NCBI GenBank assembly: GCA_951406725.2
Contig: OX597823.1
Location: 41,850,001 to 41,914,000, forward strand
Length of the DNA: 64,000 nt
Source of the DNA: Octopus vulgaris
Lineage: Eukaryota
Direction of reading: 5' to 3'
In this document: positions 1 to 14,629 of the stretch, piece after piece
Position numbering within the stretch: position 1 is the first letter of the stretch
How the letters are laid out: the number at the start of each line of letters is the position of its first letter
Translations under genes and position numbers: made by a program
The notes under the pieces: generated by a model
What the model saw: only the letters and a program-made list of their open reading frames with translations
Told to the model about the DNA's origin: nothing
Database searches by the model: none

Positions 1-183
1 GTGATAGTGAGAGCAAACAGGCAGAAAATCTGCCTCGACAAATTTTCATCTCGCTCATGCAAGCATGCAAAAATGCTGCATGAAAATGTTGGAGATGAGG
101 GAGAGATGGAGGAAGAAGAAGAAAAAAAAAGGGATGTAACTCATTTTTGTACATTGCTCTATAATTTCTTTTACCAGGTGCCC

Positions 184-254
<71 letters not shown>

Positions 255-475
255 ATAGGTAGCAAGCTAGCAGAATCATTATCACACTGGATAAAATAAT
301 TAGCAGCATTTCATTTGTCTTTACGTTCTGAGTTCGAATTCCATCGAGGGTGGCTTTGCCTTTTATCCTTTCAGGGTTGATAAAAATAGGTACTAGCTGA
401 ACACTGGGGTCAATGTAATCAACTCATCCCCTCCTCCAAAGTTACTGCCCTAGTGGCAAAATTTGAAACCAATAT
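255..475 (+). mobile_element. SINE family B copy (tRNA-like head, conserved central domain, (ATT)n tail)
   Basis: A-box-like AGCTAGCAGAATC, B-box GAGTTCGAATTCC, body GCCTTTTATCCTTTCAGGGTTGATAAAAATAGGTAC. Many homologous copies occur in the window. Confidence 0.85.
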
Positions 476-487
476 TATTATTATTAT

Positions 488-1040
488 TGAGTGAGAGAGT
501 GGTGCATGCCATCAAAGTGACACTGGGGTAAAATATATGAAGCCCAGTATACCCATCATGACTACCCGTCTGATAAGGGTACACTAGGCACATGCATCAC
601 AACCAAGTGTATGCAACATGGTGATCTCATATTATGATAAACAGTGCATAGCCTTGCAGGTGGGGTCCAGTTAGAATTTTCTTCTGGTCGAGTAGCCCAT
701 CCTGCTCAAAAGGTCTCAATAAGGATTGTTTAAGGATGTTGAATGAATCACCCATGTTTCCAGAAGTGAATTATCCAAACCTCCAAGAATTGCTTTCAAC
801 ACATGACTATGATGCTCCCCAACTACTTCTGCTCATGATCAGAGATGCACATATCGTCAGCCACTAAAGGACATGGTCAACTGGTTATGGTCAAACAACT
901 GACAAGCAAATCTGTGGTATTGAGCAGAATATTTGCTGTAGCCCATCTTTTATACCAAGACAAAACAATGTACATGATAACACTTCCAATCAGTTAAGAT
1001 CAGAAGCCATGAGAGTCACTGCCTGGTACTGCATCAGGGC

Positions 1041-1042
<2 letters not shown>
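488..1042 (-). mobile_element. ~550-bp non-coding interspersed element (family C) inserted in (TTA)n
   Basis: Closely similar inverted copy at ~5773-6310 and a partial copy at ~5478-5612. Strand is inferred from the end ...CTCTCTCACTC followed by (AAT)n. Confidence 0.85.
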
Positions 1043-1081
<39 letters not shown>

Positions 1082-1083
<2 letters not shown>

Positions 1084-1292
1084 GTGGTGAACTGGCAGAA
1101 TCATTAAGCATGCCGGGTGAAATGCTTTGCAGCATTTTGTCTGTCTTCAAGTTCTGAGTTCAAATACCACTGAAATCAGCTTTGTCTTTCATCCATTCAG
1201 GGTCAATAAAATAGGTACCTGCTGAACATTGGGGATGATATAATTGATTACCCCCTCCCCCAAATTTCAGGCCTTGTGCCTATATTAGAAAA
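1082..1292 (+). mobile_element. SINE family B copy
   Basis: GGTGAACTGGCAGAATCATT...GAGTTCAAAT...CTTTCATCCATTCAGGGTCAATAAAATAGGTAC, flanked by (TTA)n. Confidence 0.85.
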
Positions 1293-1293
1293 G

Positions 1294-1350
<57 letters not shown>

Positions 1351-2016
1351 TTTAATGATGATGATGATGATGGTAAGGGCTCCAGTCCAGGTTAGTATCA
1401 AGAGAGATGTGGTCATTATCGTTGATCCCAGCATATTATTGGTGCTACTTAGATCAAATGAATGAAGATTGAAAGTCAATATTGAATCAGTATTGTACTG
1501 AACTCAAAACAACAAGGTACTGTAAATCCTCTTGTCCAGCTCAGTGCACCCTGCATGAAATGAAATAATGATAATGTTAAAAAACAAAATTTCCAATTGT
1601 CATAGCATTTAATTTTAGTAATGCATTCATTGAAAGAAAAAAATATTTTTGATATACTTTATGGTTTTATTCTTAAATACATTTTTTTTTTCTAAATATC
1701 ATAGCAACAGTTATATTAAAAGCTTTACTTGCCTGAAGCATCATGGGAAGAATAATAAAAAAAATTCATTTACCTACAGTTTGCTATAACTTTTACCCTA
1801 TCATCTAGATAAGATAGTGGAAAGGTACCCTTTCTAATAATATAATTTCCTTATTTTTGCCCATTAAAATTTTTGAAAATTTTTTTTTATTATGTTATTC
1901 TGCAATTGTTATTTTGGTTACTTTTGGTTTTTACAATTTCTCTTAAGTGAAAGAATGAGAAACATCATTATAAGGTATACACTGTAAAATACAAACACAC
2001 ATACACACATATATAT

Positions 2017-2053
<37 letters not shown>

Positions 2054-2778
2054 GAGCATGTATTCACAGTCATAGCTTTCCATATCTTATCGTACATACA
2101 GAAACAAGTGTATGTCTGTGCATATGTAAATATGTATGCCTATATATGCATGGAGGTGTATACACACACACACACACAAAACACAGAAGTAAACGGAGTA
2201 AATTGAAACATACAGGTGTACACCAACATATATGTTTTAACATACACACAAACAGAGACAAATCTATTTACTTTAAATAAATTTACATGCACCTACACAC
2301 AAACATGCTACATAGAACCATATACATGCCTAAGTATATAATTAAGTATACACAAGTGGATAAATTTATATGCAAGTGGATAAACACCATTGTTCTGGTA
2401 AATGTGTACAGCTGTAAATAAAGCATAGAAAGGAAAAGGAAAAAAAAGATATATATACATCTTCTTTATACACAAGTATATTTATATTTCAACACATAAT
2501 TTCAATTGCAAACATACATACATATATATATAACAAAAATCTAACTGCAAATCGTTATCTAACAACTGCAAGAAATAAACATGTACACATGCACACATCT
2601 GTGCATGTACACACATATATTTTTACATGCAGCACACATGCACATTTACATGCATGTGCACATGTGCATACACACAAACTTGCACAATCACTTTTATATT
2701 CACATATTGATATGCATATACTGATGCACAAAACTTCATACACACACTCACACACATACACACACACACTCACACACA

Positions 2779-2825
<47 letters not shown>

Positions 2826-3028
2826 ATGCATGTGTATTTAAATTAACATTTCATCTGTTTGTTGTCAGTATAATGAAGAGTAATTGTAAATTTTCACTGA
2901 TGGTTTGACAAATTTAAGCCTGAAAGGGAATATAAAGATGATATAAAATGGTGTTGTGTATTCAAGAAGGTGTGCATAAGTTTGTGCAAGCTTCTATATT
3001 TGTATCTCTCTCTCTCTCTCTCTCTTTA

Positions 3029-3083
<55 letters not shown>

Positions 3084-3282
3084 TTGTGTGTGTGTGTGTA
3101 TCTGAATGTATGTATGCTTAAATATGTTTGTAAATATATATTCTTCATAAAATGTATTTAGATATGTGTCTAAGCATATACATGTGAGTATATACATGAT
3201 ATGCATTTCTTTGTATTTCAATTGATATGTACATATATAATTTTGTATGAATGTGTGTCACAGCATGTCCCTATATACATAT

Positions 3283-3386
3283 AGAGACGGCTATACATTT
3301 TCTATACAATTATCTATAAGCAATGTATATATATATATAAATAAATTGCTTATAGATAATTGTATGGAAAATGTATAGCTGTCTCT
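3283..3386. repeat. Fold-back with ~40-bp arms around a (TA)n spacer
   Basis: AGAGACGGCTATACATTTTCTATACAATTATCTATAAGCAAT pairs with ATTGCTTATAGATAATTGTATGGAAAATGTATAGCTGTCTCT with 2 mismatches. Confidence 0.9.
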
Positions 3387-3699
3387 GGAATATGAAATTA
3401 TTAAATCTAATTTTAAATCTATTATTTTTGAGGTTTCTTATTTTAAGTTCAAATGTAATCATTTATGTGAACAATTCAAAGCGAGCTTGTAGGTAAATGC
3501 ATGTCAAAGTACACATACATACATACAAACACATCTATGCATACAAATCTATTTGAATAAATATATATGAGTGCATTTCTGTTTGGTGTGTGTATATCAA
3601 TCAGTCTCTCTGAATGGATGTACAAGCATATGGGTATGTATATGCATGTGTATGTATGTATGTATGAATGTGTGTGTATATATGTATGTATGTATCTCT

Positions 3700-4108
3700 T
3701 TCTCTTTTTCTCTTTTTACTTGTTTCAGTCATTTTGACTACGGCCATGCTGGAGCACCGCCTTTAATCGAGCAATTCGACCCCGGGACTTATTCTTTGTA
3801 AGCCCAGTACTTATTCTATCGGTCTCTTTTGCTGAAACGCTAAGTGACGGGGACATAAACACACCAGCATTGGCTGTCAAGCGATGTTGGGGGAACAAAC
3901 ACAGAGACACAAACATACACGTACATACATATATATACATACATATGACGGTCTTCTTTCCGTTTCCGTCTACCAAATCCACTCACAAGGCCTTGGTTGG
4001 CCCGAGGCTATAGTAGAAGACACTTGCCCAAGGTGCCATGCAGTGGGACTGAACCTGGAACCATGTGGTTGTTAAACAAGCTACTTACCACACAGCCACT
4101 CCTGCGCC
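3700..4108 (-). mobile_element. SINE family A, full-length copy (tRNA-like head, internal TA/TG microsatellite, GTAAAAGA-type tail)
   Basis: Reverse complement begins GGCGCAGGAGTGGCTGTGTGGTAAG (A box), then GGTTCAGTCCC (B box), then ACCTTGGGCAAGTGTCTTC, and ends GACTGAAACAAGTAAAAGAG. Degraded copies follow at ~4140-4525 and ~4840-4960. Confidence 0.9.
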
Positions 4109-4371
4109 TATGTATGTATCTATCTATCTATCTAATTTTTACCTTTTTCTTGTACCAGTCATTAGACTCCAGCTATGCTGTGGTACTATGTTGAAGAATT
4201 TTTAGCTGAATGAAACAACCCCAGTTTTTAGAATTTAAAAAAAATAAAACTAAGTACTTACTTTTTTTAGGAGGTGATAGGTTGCTAAACCGCTAAGTTA
4301 CAGTGACAGAAACAAACATTAAATGGCGTGTGGGGACAAACACAGACATGAAGACACACACACTCACACAA

Positions 4372-4409
<38 letters not shown>

Positions 4410-4524
4410 CAAACTTCTTTCGGTTTCCATCTACCAAATCCACTCCCAAGACTTTCGTCTGCCTGAGCCTATAGTAGAAGATACTTGCTCAAAGGTACCA
4501 TGGCTGCACCCTTATGCAGCCACA

Positions 4525-4670
<146 letters not shown>

Positions 4671-4680
4671 TATGTATGTT

Positions 4681-4711
<31 letters not shown>

Positions 4712-4712
4712 G

Positions 4713-4745
<33 letters not shown>

Positions 4746-4778
4746 ACACACACACACACACATACATGTGTATGTGTA

Positions 4779-4840
<62 letters not shown>

Positions 4841-5229
4841 CAATGGCCTATTTCAGTTAAAGGCTTTGGTTTGCATGAAGCTATAGTAGAAGGCACTTAC
4901 CCAAGGTGCCACATAGTGTGACTGAACCTTGAACCATGTGGCTTGGAAGCAAACTTTCCAATGCTTGATGGGAGACACCAACATCAATATGTGTGTAAAA
5001 TGCCAGCTATGTATTTGTGCTTAATGACTATCGATACCAATTGAGGCATGGAATATATTGAAGATGTGCATGTCATCATCAAGTTAATGAGCAACTTGAC
5101 ACCTGCAGACACCAGCATCTTCATCATCACCAGTGCAATGTTTGTTCTCACTAGCTATCGAAATACTTTCTTTATTGCCAGTATCATCAGTCTAATTACT
5201 ACAGTCATTACAATAATAATAATTTCTGT

Positions 5230-6600
5230 GACTATAGGCACAAGGCCTGAAAGTTTTGGTAGCAGAGACTAGTCAATTACATCAAATTCAGTGCTCAACT
5301 GGTTCATATTTCATTGACTCCAGAAGGTTGAAAGGTATATTTGATCTCAGTGAAATTGGAACTCAGAATCTAAAGAGATTGAAGAAATATCACTTGGTGT
5401 TTTGCCTAACTGGCTGATGATTCTACCAGCTTTGCACCTTAATAATGATGATAATAATAATAATAATAATAATGATACACCATGTCATGCAAATATGGTT
5501 GTGGTGCATGTACTTGGCGTACTCTTATCAAACAGGTAGTCAAGATGGGTATATCAAGCTTTGTATATTTGTACCCCAGTCACTTTGATGGCATGCACTG
5601 CTCTCTCACTCAATAATAATAATAATGATAATAATAATAATAATATCTGTGAATTTGCGCGTGTAATCTAGGAATGCATGCAATGCCCTTCTCTGCCCTA
5701 GGTGTATGGAAAACACTCGGTGAGAAACAGAAAAAAATTTGAAGAAATAATAATAATAACAATAATAGTAAGGCACTGGCTCTCATGGGCTCTGATTTTC
5801 ACTAAATGGAAGTGTTATCATGTACATGTTTTGTCTTGTTATAAAAAGATGGACTACAGCAAATATTTTGCTCAATACCACAGATTTACTTGTCAGTTGC
5901 TTGACCTTAACCAGTTGGAATGTCACTAAGTGGCTAACAAAATGTGCACCTTTGATCATAAGCAGAAGTAGTGGGGGAGCATCATAGCCATGTGTTGAGA
6001 GGGATTCTTTGGGGTTTGAATAATTCACCTCTGGAAACATGGGTGTTTTGTTCAACATCCTTAAACAACCCTTATTCAGGGACCTTTTGAGTGGGATGGG
6101 TTACTCGACCAGAAGAAAATTCTAACTGGGCCCCACCTGCAAGGTCATGTACTGTTTATCTTTATATGAGATCACCATGTTGCGCACATATGGTTGTGAT
6201 GCATGTGCCTAGCGTACCCTTATCGGACAGGTAGTCATGATGGGTATACTGGGCTTCGTATATTTTACCCCAGTGTCACTTTGATGGCATGCACTGCTCT
6301 TTCACTCAATAGAAGTAATAATAATGATTATGATAATAATTCTTTATTGGCACAACGCCAATAATTTTGAAGGGTGGAGAAATCATTTTCATAGATGTCG
6401 TTACTAGTACTTATTTTACTGACCCAAAAGGATGAAAGATGAATATTGATCTCAGCAGAATTTGAACTCAGAATATAAAGAGCCAGAATGAATGTCACTA
6501 AGTTGTAGTGCACCTGAGCTCTGTACACAATTATTATTATTATTATTTAAGTACACTGTTCAACATGCAAATTGTTCTGCCAGCTTGCCACCTTAGAGGC

Positions 6601-6649
<49 letters not shown>

Positions 6650-7064
6650 TAAAATAATAATAATGGTTGGAAATTTTTACTCAAGGGCAGCAATTTTTGT
6701 TGGGATGGGGTGAGTCAATTACATTAACTCCAGTGTTTGACTGGTACTTATTTTATCGATCCTGAAAGGATAAAAAGGTAAAGTCGACCTTGGCAGAATT
6801 TGAACTCAGATTATAATCCTTTTTACTATAGGTACAAGGACTGAAATTTTGGAGGGGTGGACTAGTCTATGACATTGACTCCAGTGCGTAACTGAAATTT
6901 TGGGATTGAGGGCTTGTTGATTATCTCATCTCCAGTGCTCAACTGGTATGTATTTCATCGACTCTGAAAGGTAAAGTCAGCCTCGGCAGGATTTGAATAT
7001 GATGGGTATGGAGAGATAAAATGCCGTTTGAGCATTTAAACCCATTCTGTCATCTCACCACCTT

Positions 7065-7065
<1 letters not shown>
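5230..7065. mobile_element. Nested cluster in (AAT)n: family B SINEs on the minus strand, family C copies, and a short LINE-like 3' end at ~5650-5745
   Basis: Repeated GAATTTGAACTCAGAA and GGTACTTATTTTATCGA (reverse of family B). 5773-6310 is the reverse complement of 488-1042. Confidence 0.8.
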
Positions 7066-7114
<49 letters not shown>

Positions 7115-7723
7115 TGATGATCATGATCATGATCAGCTATTTTAATTATAACGAGGAAAATGTCATCATTATATTTAGCGTTACTATGATGGTGATGAGA
7201 CTGATATTAATCATTATCATCATCATACTCATCATTACTTTCAATATCATTTCTAACAACTGTGTAGTAGTCACTGTTGCTGTTATAATCATTGGCATCA
7301 TATACCATCACTATTATCATCATCATCATCCTCATCATTTACAGTTCTACTAATTTCTTTATTACCATCTTCTTCCCTGACCTTATGGCACTGATGAAAG
7401 TATATTATACATTGCTGCTACTACTGCTGCTAATGATAATGATGATGATGCATTATTATGTTGATGGTATTATTTATAGGATGAAGACAAATTTAATTGA
7501 TATGAGGAGAAAGAAAAATGACTACCAAACTTAGGTATGAACAAGCTAATTAGTCCATTACTATGTTGATCAAATGAATTTTAATGTATGTACATGTGTA
7601 TCAGGGTAGCTAACGAACTATGTAATCATTAGTGATTGTGTCTGTATGTATGTATACAGAAACACTAATTCATGTTTGTTAGAGTACACATAGGTATGTA
7701 TTAGTATACAAACATTTACTCAT

Positions 7724-7770
<47 letters not shown>

Positions 7771-8632
7771 TATGCAATTGACATATTGACATTCACATAG
7801 AATATACATGTATATAGCAAATAGGGTATGTGTGGGGTGTTTTATCAGTAAAAACATTAACATGCTCAGTACATGATGTTTGTGTGTGTGTGTGTTTCTA
7901 TAGGTGTCTAGCTAGCTTTACAATTAATTATGTAGTTTCCTGTCAGTATTAGCGCAGATAATAGCAATCTATTGGAAAATTAATGTAATTATATATGTAT
8001 GTGTGTGTGTGAGTGTATCTACATTAATTTATATAATCACATATGTACTAACACACACGCACACACTTTTATGTATCTATCCCTCTATTTCTGCAACCAC
8101 TTTCATCACTTGACCCTCATCTCATAGCCTATGTACATAGACAGCTTATACTCTATTCACAGCACCTCCATAGCACATCATCACCCCCTGTATCACTCTG
8201 GCTGCCACTAAGCTCTTGTTTTCCCCATGAAATTGTAGGTTTCTCTAACTGCTCTCTTATCTGCATCATGAACACTTCTGTACCCCCCCCCTCTGTCCCT
8301 GCCTATCACCTCTGTCATGCTGTATTGTCTTGAATATACATACCTATCACAGAACATTACGCTCTTGAATATTTCACTTTCTCATCACTTTCATTGATTG
8401 CTCTAACATGCATACTCCTCACCCTGTATAGAGACTGTTGAGGGAGCAAAAGAATGGGGTTGTAATGCCTGTGTGGTTGTGTCAAAGACATGGTTACCTC
8501 TCTACTGCTAGTGTCATAAAAATACATCTTGTATGTTCTGTTAAGTGATTGGTGTTAGGAAGGGCTCCTAGCTCTAGAAACCAAACCAAAAGTGAAATGC
8601 AAGTTGAACAGAACACCAAATACATTTATGTA

Positions 8633-8691
<59 letters not shown>

Positions 8692-9099
8692 GTGTGTGTG
8701 TGTGTGTGTATCTATGTATGTATGTAGGTAGGTAGGTAGGTAGCTGGGTAGTCAGTAAGTCAGTCAGTTATATATAATTTGACTGAAATGATGCTATTGT
8801 TGACATTTCTTGCTGACATTTTGACTGGTTATTCAGCACTATCATAGACTTGTGGAACATAAAAAAAAAAATCCTTCCTTGGAAAACAGGCGAGAGTTGG
8901 TGACAGGAAAAGTATCCTGCTGTAAAATCTTACCTCTACATCAGTTTCCATCAAAGCCATACTTGCATGGAAAGATGAGTGTTTAACAAACAAACAAATG
9001 TTAAATCCATTTCCATAAGCTTTTATGGTCATATCACTTTACAAACCCAATTATAAATTTAACAACAGTTTGATTGCTCTACACCAATCATCCACCAAC

Positions 9100-9660
9100 T
9101 TCCCTTCTAAAATTTGAGTAGCCACGAAGCTCCTGTTCTGCTCCCAGCCCTTCTCTCATACTTTAACCTCCCTTCTTCTAGCATAAAGCTGCCTCTCTCA
9201 GGGTTCATAGTCTGGCAACTTCAGTTGTGCTGGTACCATGTATACAGCACCCAATGCACACTAGAAAAGGCATCCAGGCACAGAAATCATGCCATGCAGT
9301 GCCTCCACTGCATGAAACCTGTTTTACTCTAACTCCTTTTTTTCTTTGTACTTTAACTCCTCATCTCCGAGTATAAAGCTGCCTCTCTCAGAATTCATAG
9401 TCTTGCACATTGCATGGCGACCTCACCATTGTTGGTAGCATGGTAGGGCACCCAGTTCACAGTACACACTATAAATCGGTTGGCATTTAGAGGGGCATTA
9501 GGCCATAGAAACTGTATCAAAGCAGACACTGAAGCACAGTGCATTCCATGGACCTGTTAGTTCTTGTCAAATTGTCCAACCCATGCCAACATTGAATATG
9601 GATGTTAAATGATGATGATGATGATGGTGGTGGTAGCAGCGATGATGATGATGATGATAA
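9100..9660 (+). mobile_element. RTE-tail element (family D), degraded
   Basis: GGTTGGCATTTAGAGGGGCA...GTCCAACCCATGCC...GATGTTAAAT(GAT)n. Homologous to 11093-11311 and to a minus copy at ~32680-33030. Confidence 0.7.
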
Positions 9661-10300
9661 ATTTTCTAAAACAAATTTTATGCCAGTCATTTTATCTACA
9701 AAAGAGGAATTACAGACAGTTCATGGCAGAAGAATTGTACATCAGGATTCTTTTATTTGATATAGTCTAATATATTCGTATCTGGTCTTTAGTTTAATAT
9801 CTTCATGTTATGTTGTACCATTTGAGAAGTCATGGAGGAAGATTTCTTTGATTCTGTTTGTCTGGGCTTCACAAAGAATCAATAACTGCTCAAGTAACTT
9901 TTCACTCTGGAAAAGTAAACCCAAACTTCTGAAGTTGGTTTCAATATATTGAACAGATAGGCTTTCTAAATTAAGTTACTTCAAAAATATCCAACATTTG
10001 TAAGGATTGGTAGATGTTCTTTCACTAGTGGATTGTTGGTGCAATGCTATTACAGGCAGCACATAGATATTTTTTTTTTTTTTTTTGGAAAAATGTAGAG
10101 AATATGTAAATATCTGCAAAATTTATAGAAAGCTTTACTCTCAGCCATTTTCTATATTGAAACAGAATTCTGCAATATTCTTGCAAATAAAAGAAAGAGT
10201 ATTTATACTTGGAATATTTTGAGCGCATGATCGTCTTAACCTGTCCTGTGATATCTCTTTTTAGCCAATACTTTTAGGCCCAAAGTTCTCCAATGAAAAT

Positions 10301-10366
<66 letters not shown>

Positions 10367-10894
10367 GCAGTAGCAGCATCTTCAGCATCTGCATTGTTGT
10401 TTTAACATGTACTTTGCTATGCTTACATGGGTCAGATAGAATTCATTGAGGCAGATTGGCTACACCTGGATGCATTTCCAATCACCAATCCTCATTTGTT
10501 TCGAAGCAAGGTGATACGTTTTCAAAGAAGATTGGAAATAAAGGACACCGCTTGCATGACGTTGGCACCCATGTATATCTATCCCACAATGACAAGACAG
10601 GGAGACACTCGCTCATACATACGTACATACACACACACATACACATGCACTCACATACAGTCATACTTACACACACACACACACAGCTACACCAATGCAC
10701 TCACACATATCACCTTGCTTCTCGCTACCAAATCTAGTTACTACCTGTCAGCGCCACTCATTCACACATCCAGCACTCACATAAACAGAAACACACTGAT
10801 ACTACCGCACACACACTGACCATTTTTACACCTCCCTTCAAATCCATTTGTTTGATATCTCTCCACTTGCTATCACTTCAGCTGTGTAAGAACA

Positions 10895-11040
10895 CACATG
10901 GTTTTCTTGGACTCTTCTTCTCCTTCTCTCTTGTCCTTTCTTTCTGACAAAAAGCCATGCTTGAAATGTCACATTCCTTCTTTTTGCCATCAACTTAATA
11001 CATGACTTTAGTTTTTTTCGTTCTTATTTTTTGAGTTGCC
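10895..11040 (+). mobile_element. PLE pLTR-like short element with a degenerate hammerhead motif at 10941-10973
   Basis: CTGACAA-AAAGC-CAT-GCTT-GAAATGTC in a pyrimidine-rich context; same layout as 19430-19630. Confidence 0.5.
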
Positions 11041-11092
11041 TTTCTCTCTTTCTCTCCCCCTCTCATTCTTTTTTTTTTATATATATATCCGT

Positions 11093-11311
11093 TCGCCAGC
11101 TCTGTCTGGCACCTGTGCAGGTGGCACGTAAAAAACACCCACTACACTCGCGGAGTGGTTGGCGTTAGGAAGGGCATCCAGCCGTAGAAACACTGCCAGA
11201 TCTGACTGGGCCTGACGAAGCCTTCCAGCTTCACAGACCCCAGTTGACCCGTTCAACCCATGCTAGCATGGAAAGCGGACGCTAAACGATGATGATGATG
11301 ATGATGATGAT
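11093..11311 (+). mobile_element. RTE-tail element (family D), well-preserved copy
   Basis: GGTGGCACGTAAAAAACACCCACTACACTCGCGGAGTGGTTGGCGTTAGGAAGGGCATCC...CGGACGCTAAAC(GAT)n with CpGs intact. The same tail follows RTE coding sequence at 17400-18035. Confidence 0.85.
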
Positions 11312-11710
11312 GGCTGTGTGGTAAGAAGCTTGTTTCCCAACCACAAGGTTGTGGGTTCAGTCCCACTGCATGGCACTTTGAGCAAGTGTCTTCAACTATA
11401 GTCTCAGGCCAACCAAGACCTTGTGAGTGAATTTTGTAGATGGAAACTGAAAGAAGCTCATATATATATCATATATATGTTTGTGTGTGCGTGTGTCTGT
11501 GTTTGTCCCCCCACTATCTCTTGATAACCAATGTTGGTATGTTTATGTCTCAGTAACTTAGTGGTTTGTCAAAAGAGACCAATAGAATAAGTTCTAGACT
11601 TACAAAGAAATAAGTTCTGGAATCAATTTCTTTCACTATACGCCTTTAAGGCAGAGATCCAGTATGATCAGAGTCAAATGACTGAAACAAGTAAAAGATT
11701 AAAAGAATAT
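11312..11710 (+). mobile_element. SINE family A copy
   Basis: GGCTGTGTGGTAAGAAGC...GGTTCAGTCCC...GACTGAAACAAGTAAAAGA. Confidence 0.9.
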
Positions 11711-12994
11711 ATATAAAGTAAATCAATGCAGTAATTCCTTGCCATATCATGGTCATATCATATCCTATTGTCAAATGACATCACTGATAGCCCCAGTGTT
11801 ACCGTTTTCACACATATTGTCTATACAGAAAAGTGATGTTCACAGTGAAGGTCTTCCTACAGTGGTGGGTATATGTTAAATATAGTTGTACTCATCTATA
11901 TTTCAATCAGCACTGACTAATGCATCTCTGGTTAATAAATTCTAGCTTGACCAAACTTTGCACACAGCAGCAAATGTATAATTTGCTGCTTAAATATAAA
12001 AGAAAAATACTCTATTTTCTTTTTCATTAATAAAGAAGACAGCAAAATATTCCATTTTTGGCTAGTATATACTGGAATTTGTTAGTTCGGAACCTCTAAA
12101 TTAGTGTTTATTGTTGGCAAATTTTAATTGTAGTCAAGTAAATTACTCCACTTCCACACTCAGCAACCAACAAACCAGCCAACCAACCACAGTATTAATG
12201 TAGTTACATTTCTCAAGATAACAACCACCAACTTAAATATTATAGTCACCTTGTTACCATTCTTTCTCAAATATCAAAACAATTAATCGCAGGAAATTTC
12301 CTCAACTTGTGAATAATTCTTTTTTTTTATTATCATTATTATTTTTAATTATCATCTGCTTAAAATTAAATCTTTATTTTAGTATTTCTTAAAAATTTCA
12401 ATTATTTATTAACATGTTTTCTCCTCTCTTTCCCGAGTATTTTAGTAATGTTAAAAGAATAAAACCATTTATTGTTGTTGTTCTCATCGTCATGATCTTC
12501 TTTATTGTTATAACCTTCTTTATCATCATCACCTTCATCATGATCACCACTATCATCATCATTAATAATATTATCCTCATCTTTGCCATCATCATCTTAT
12601 TGGTAATAGAATTCAAATAATTTTTTTTTTTGAAGAAAGATATTTATTTTAATTTATTTTTCTGTTGTTCTCAACAAGTTTTTACCTAATCTGCCTATAA
12701 TTGTTACTCAATGTTATAATTTATTACTTAATTTCACAGAAACATTCACAGCATAAACAATTATAATCTCAAATAGAGAGTCAGTTGAAATGTTTTTTGG
12801 AGAAGGTTGTACAGAAAGAAATTAAGCCATCAACAAATATAAACTGTATTAAAATCATATTATGAGCAACAAAATAGCAAATATGATAACAATATCAATA
12901 TCAATAATAATAATAATAATACTGATAATAATAAGAATATTAATAGTAATAATTATAATAATAAATAATGATTATAATAATAGAAATGATAAGA

Positions 12995-13420
12995 ATGGTT
13001 TCTAATTTAGGTACAAGGCCAACCATTTTGAAGGGGAGGGGATTAGGGGATATCTTTTGACTGTTGCTTTACATTATCAACCACCAGAGGAATGAAAGAC
13101 GAAGTTGACTTTGGTATGATTGGAACTCAGAGTATATATGGTTAGAAGAAATACCACAAGGCATTTTGTCCAATACTCTAATGATATACTCAAATGATTC
13201 TACCAGCTCACCTTCTTCACCACTGCCAACAATGATAATAATGGTTGTGAATTTTGGCTCAAGGCCAGCAATTACATCGATCCCAGTACTATTTTTATTG
13301 CCAGTGAAAGGTAAAGTCAACCTTGGTAAAATTTCAACTTAGAACTTAACAATGGACAAAATGCAGTCAAGAATTTTTTCTGGTGCACTAATGATTCTAT
13401 CAGCTCATCATCTTGCCAAT
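12995..13420 (-). mobile_element. Two degraded SINE family B copies
   Basis: Reverse-strand family B motifs (TACCAGCTCACC, AAAGGTAAAGTCAACC) next to (AAT)n. Confidence 0.7.
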
Positions 13421-13459
13421 TATAATTACAATGATGGAAAAACTATCAGTGGTGAGAAA

Positions 13460-13790
13460 TATTCAAAAAGTAACTAAAAAAGGAGGAGAATTCATGAACA
13501 GAAGGAAGGATGATAGGGCAAATAGTGGGAAGGAGAGGGTATTAAATGGCCAATTTATGTGACAAATTGAGTATATTGGAAATAAAGGACACTAGTAGTG
13601 GCCGAAAGATGGAACTTTGAAATGAGAAACTGATTATAGCTGCCTAGGTACAAACCAATTGAGTGAAAATAAAGATTTATAGAAATAAAGATTTATAAAA
13701 CTGAAAGAGCAAATGCAGTGTCTGTGGGAAAGGGGATGAAAGGATTAACAACCAGTTAAATGAATGCGGTAAGTTAGCATAAAATGAGTA
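13460..13790 (+). pseudogene. R4/Dong-clade non-LTR retrotransposon fragment (post-RT region to zinc knuckle)
   Basis: Broken translation LNGQFM*QIEYIGNK..W.KDGTLK*ET..IIAA*VQ...SKCSVCGKGDERIN matches the R4/Dong pattern LHGQF..WL..G.LK.ETE..I.AAQ.Q...CR.C....E.I.H. Confidence 0.75.
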
Positions 13791-13859
13791 TCAGAGTAAG
13801 CATTAGTGTGTCAGAGTGTTTTGAGAGGTTAGACAAGTGTATTCGTTTGAAGTAGCAGA

Positions 13860-14593
13860 AATGAAGTAAGAACACAAACCAGAAGCTGTGATAGAGAATA
13901 AAAATTACAGGATTTTATATGATTTTCCTATAAAATTTGACCTTACTATAAAAGCAAGAAGACCAAACAAAGCTGTAAAATCAGAGGCTTTACCATATAT
14001 AATAAAGAGGATACCAAAAAACATAAGCAAGCTGAAAAATATTTAAATGCTGAAATATTTGTTGTTGAAACCAACAAGGAATATTGCCAAAGAACTTCAG
14101 ATGTTAGAATGGACTATCAGAACTGTTGTGCATGATGACATCTAATACAAATTGCCTGTACTGAGGAAAGGCCAATTTATGTTTGCAAAGACACAGGAAA
14201 ATTATTTGATCTGTGCCAAGTTGTTAGTTAAAATTTGATCTATGCTAAGTAGTTAGTTAACATCAAAGAAGAATAAAAACATACTTTTGTTCTTCTCTGA
14301 TGAGAAAATCTTTGACCAAGACTAAAAGTTTAGCTGAAGAAATGACAGATGGTTATGTGCATATCCTTCTGATGTCACTATAGTCTTGCATGCAAAGGAT
14401 CCAGCAACTGTGATGGTTTTTGGAGTGATGAGTAATGAAAGTCTTTGTGTGGTAAGTAGCTTGCTTACCAACCACATGGTTCCAGGTTCAGTCCCACTGC
14501 ATGGCACCTTGGGCAAGTGTTTTCTACTATAGCCTCGGGCCGACCAAAGCCTTGTGAGTGGATTTGGTAGACAGAAACTGAAAGAAGCCCGTC

Positions 14594-14629
<36 letters not shown>

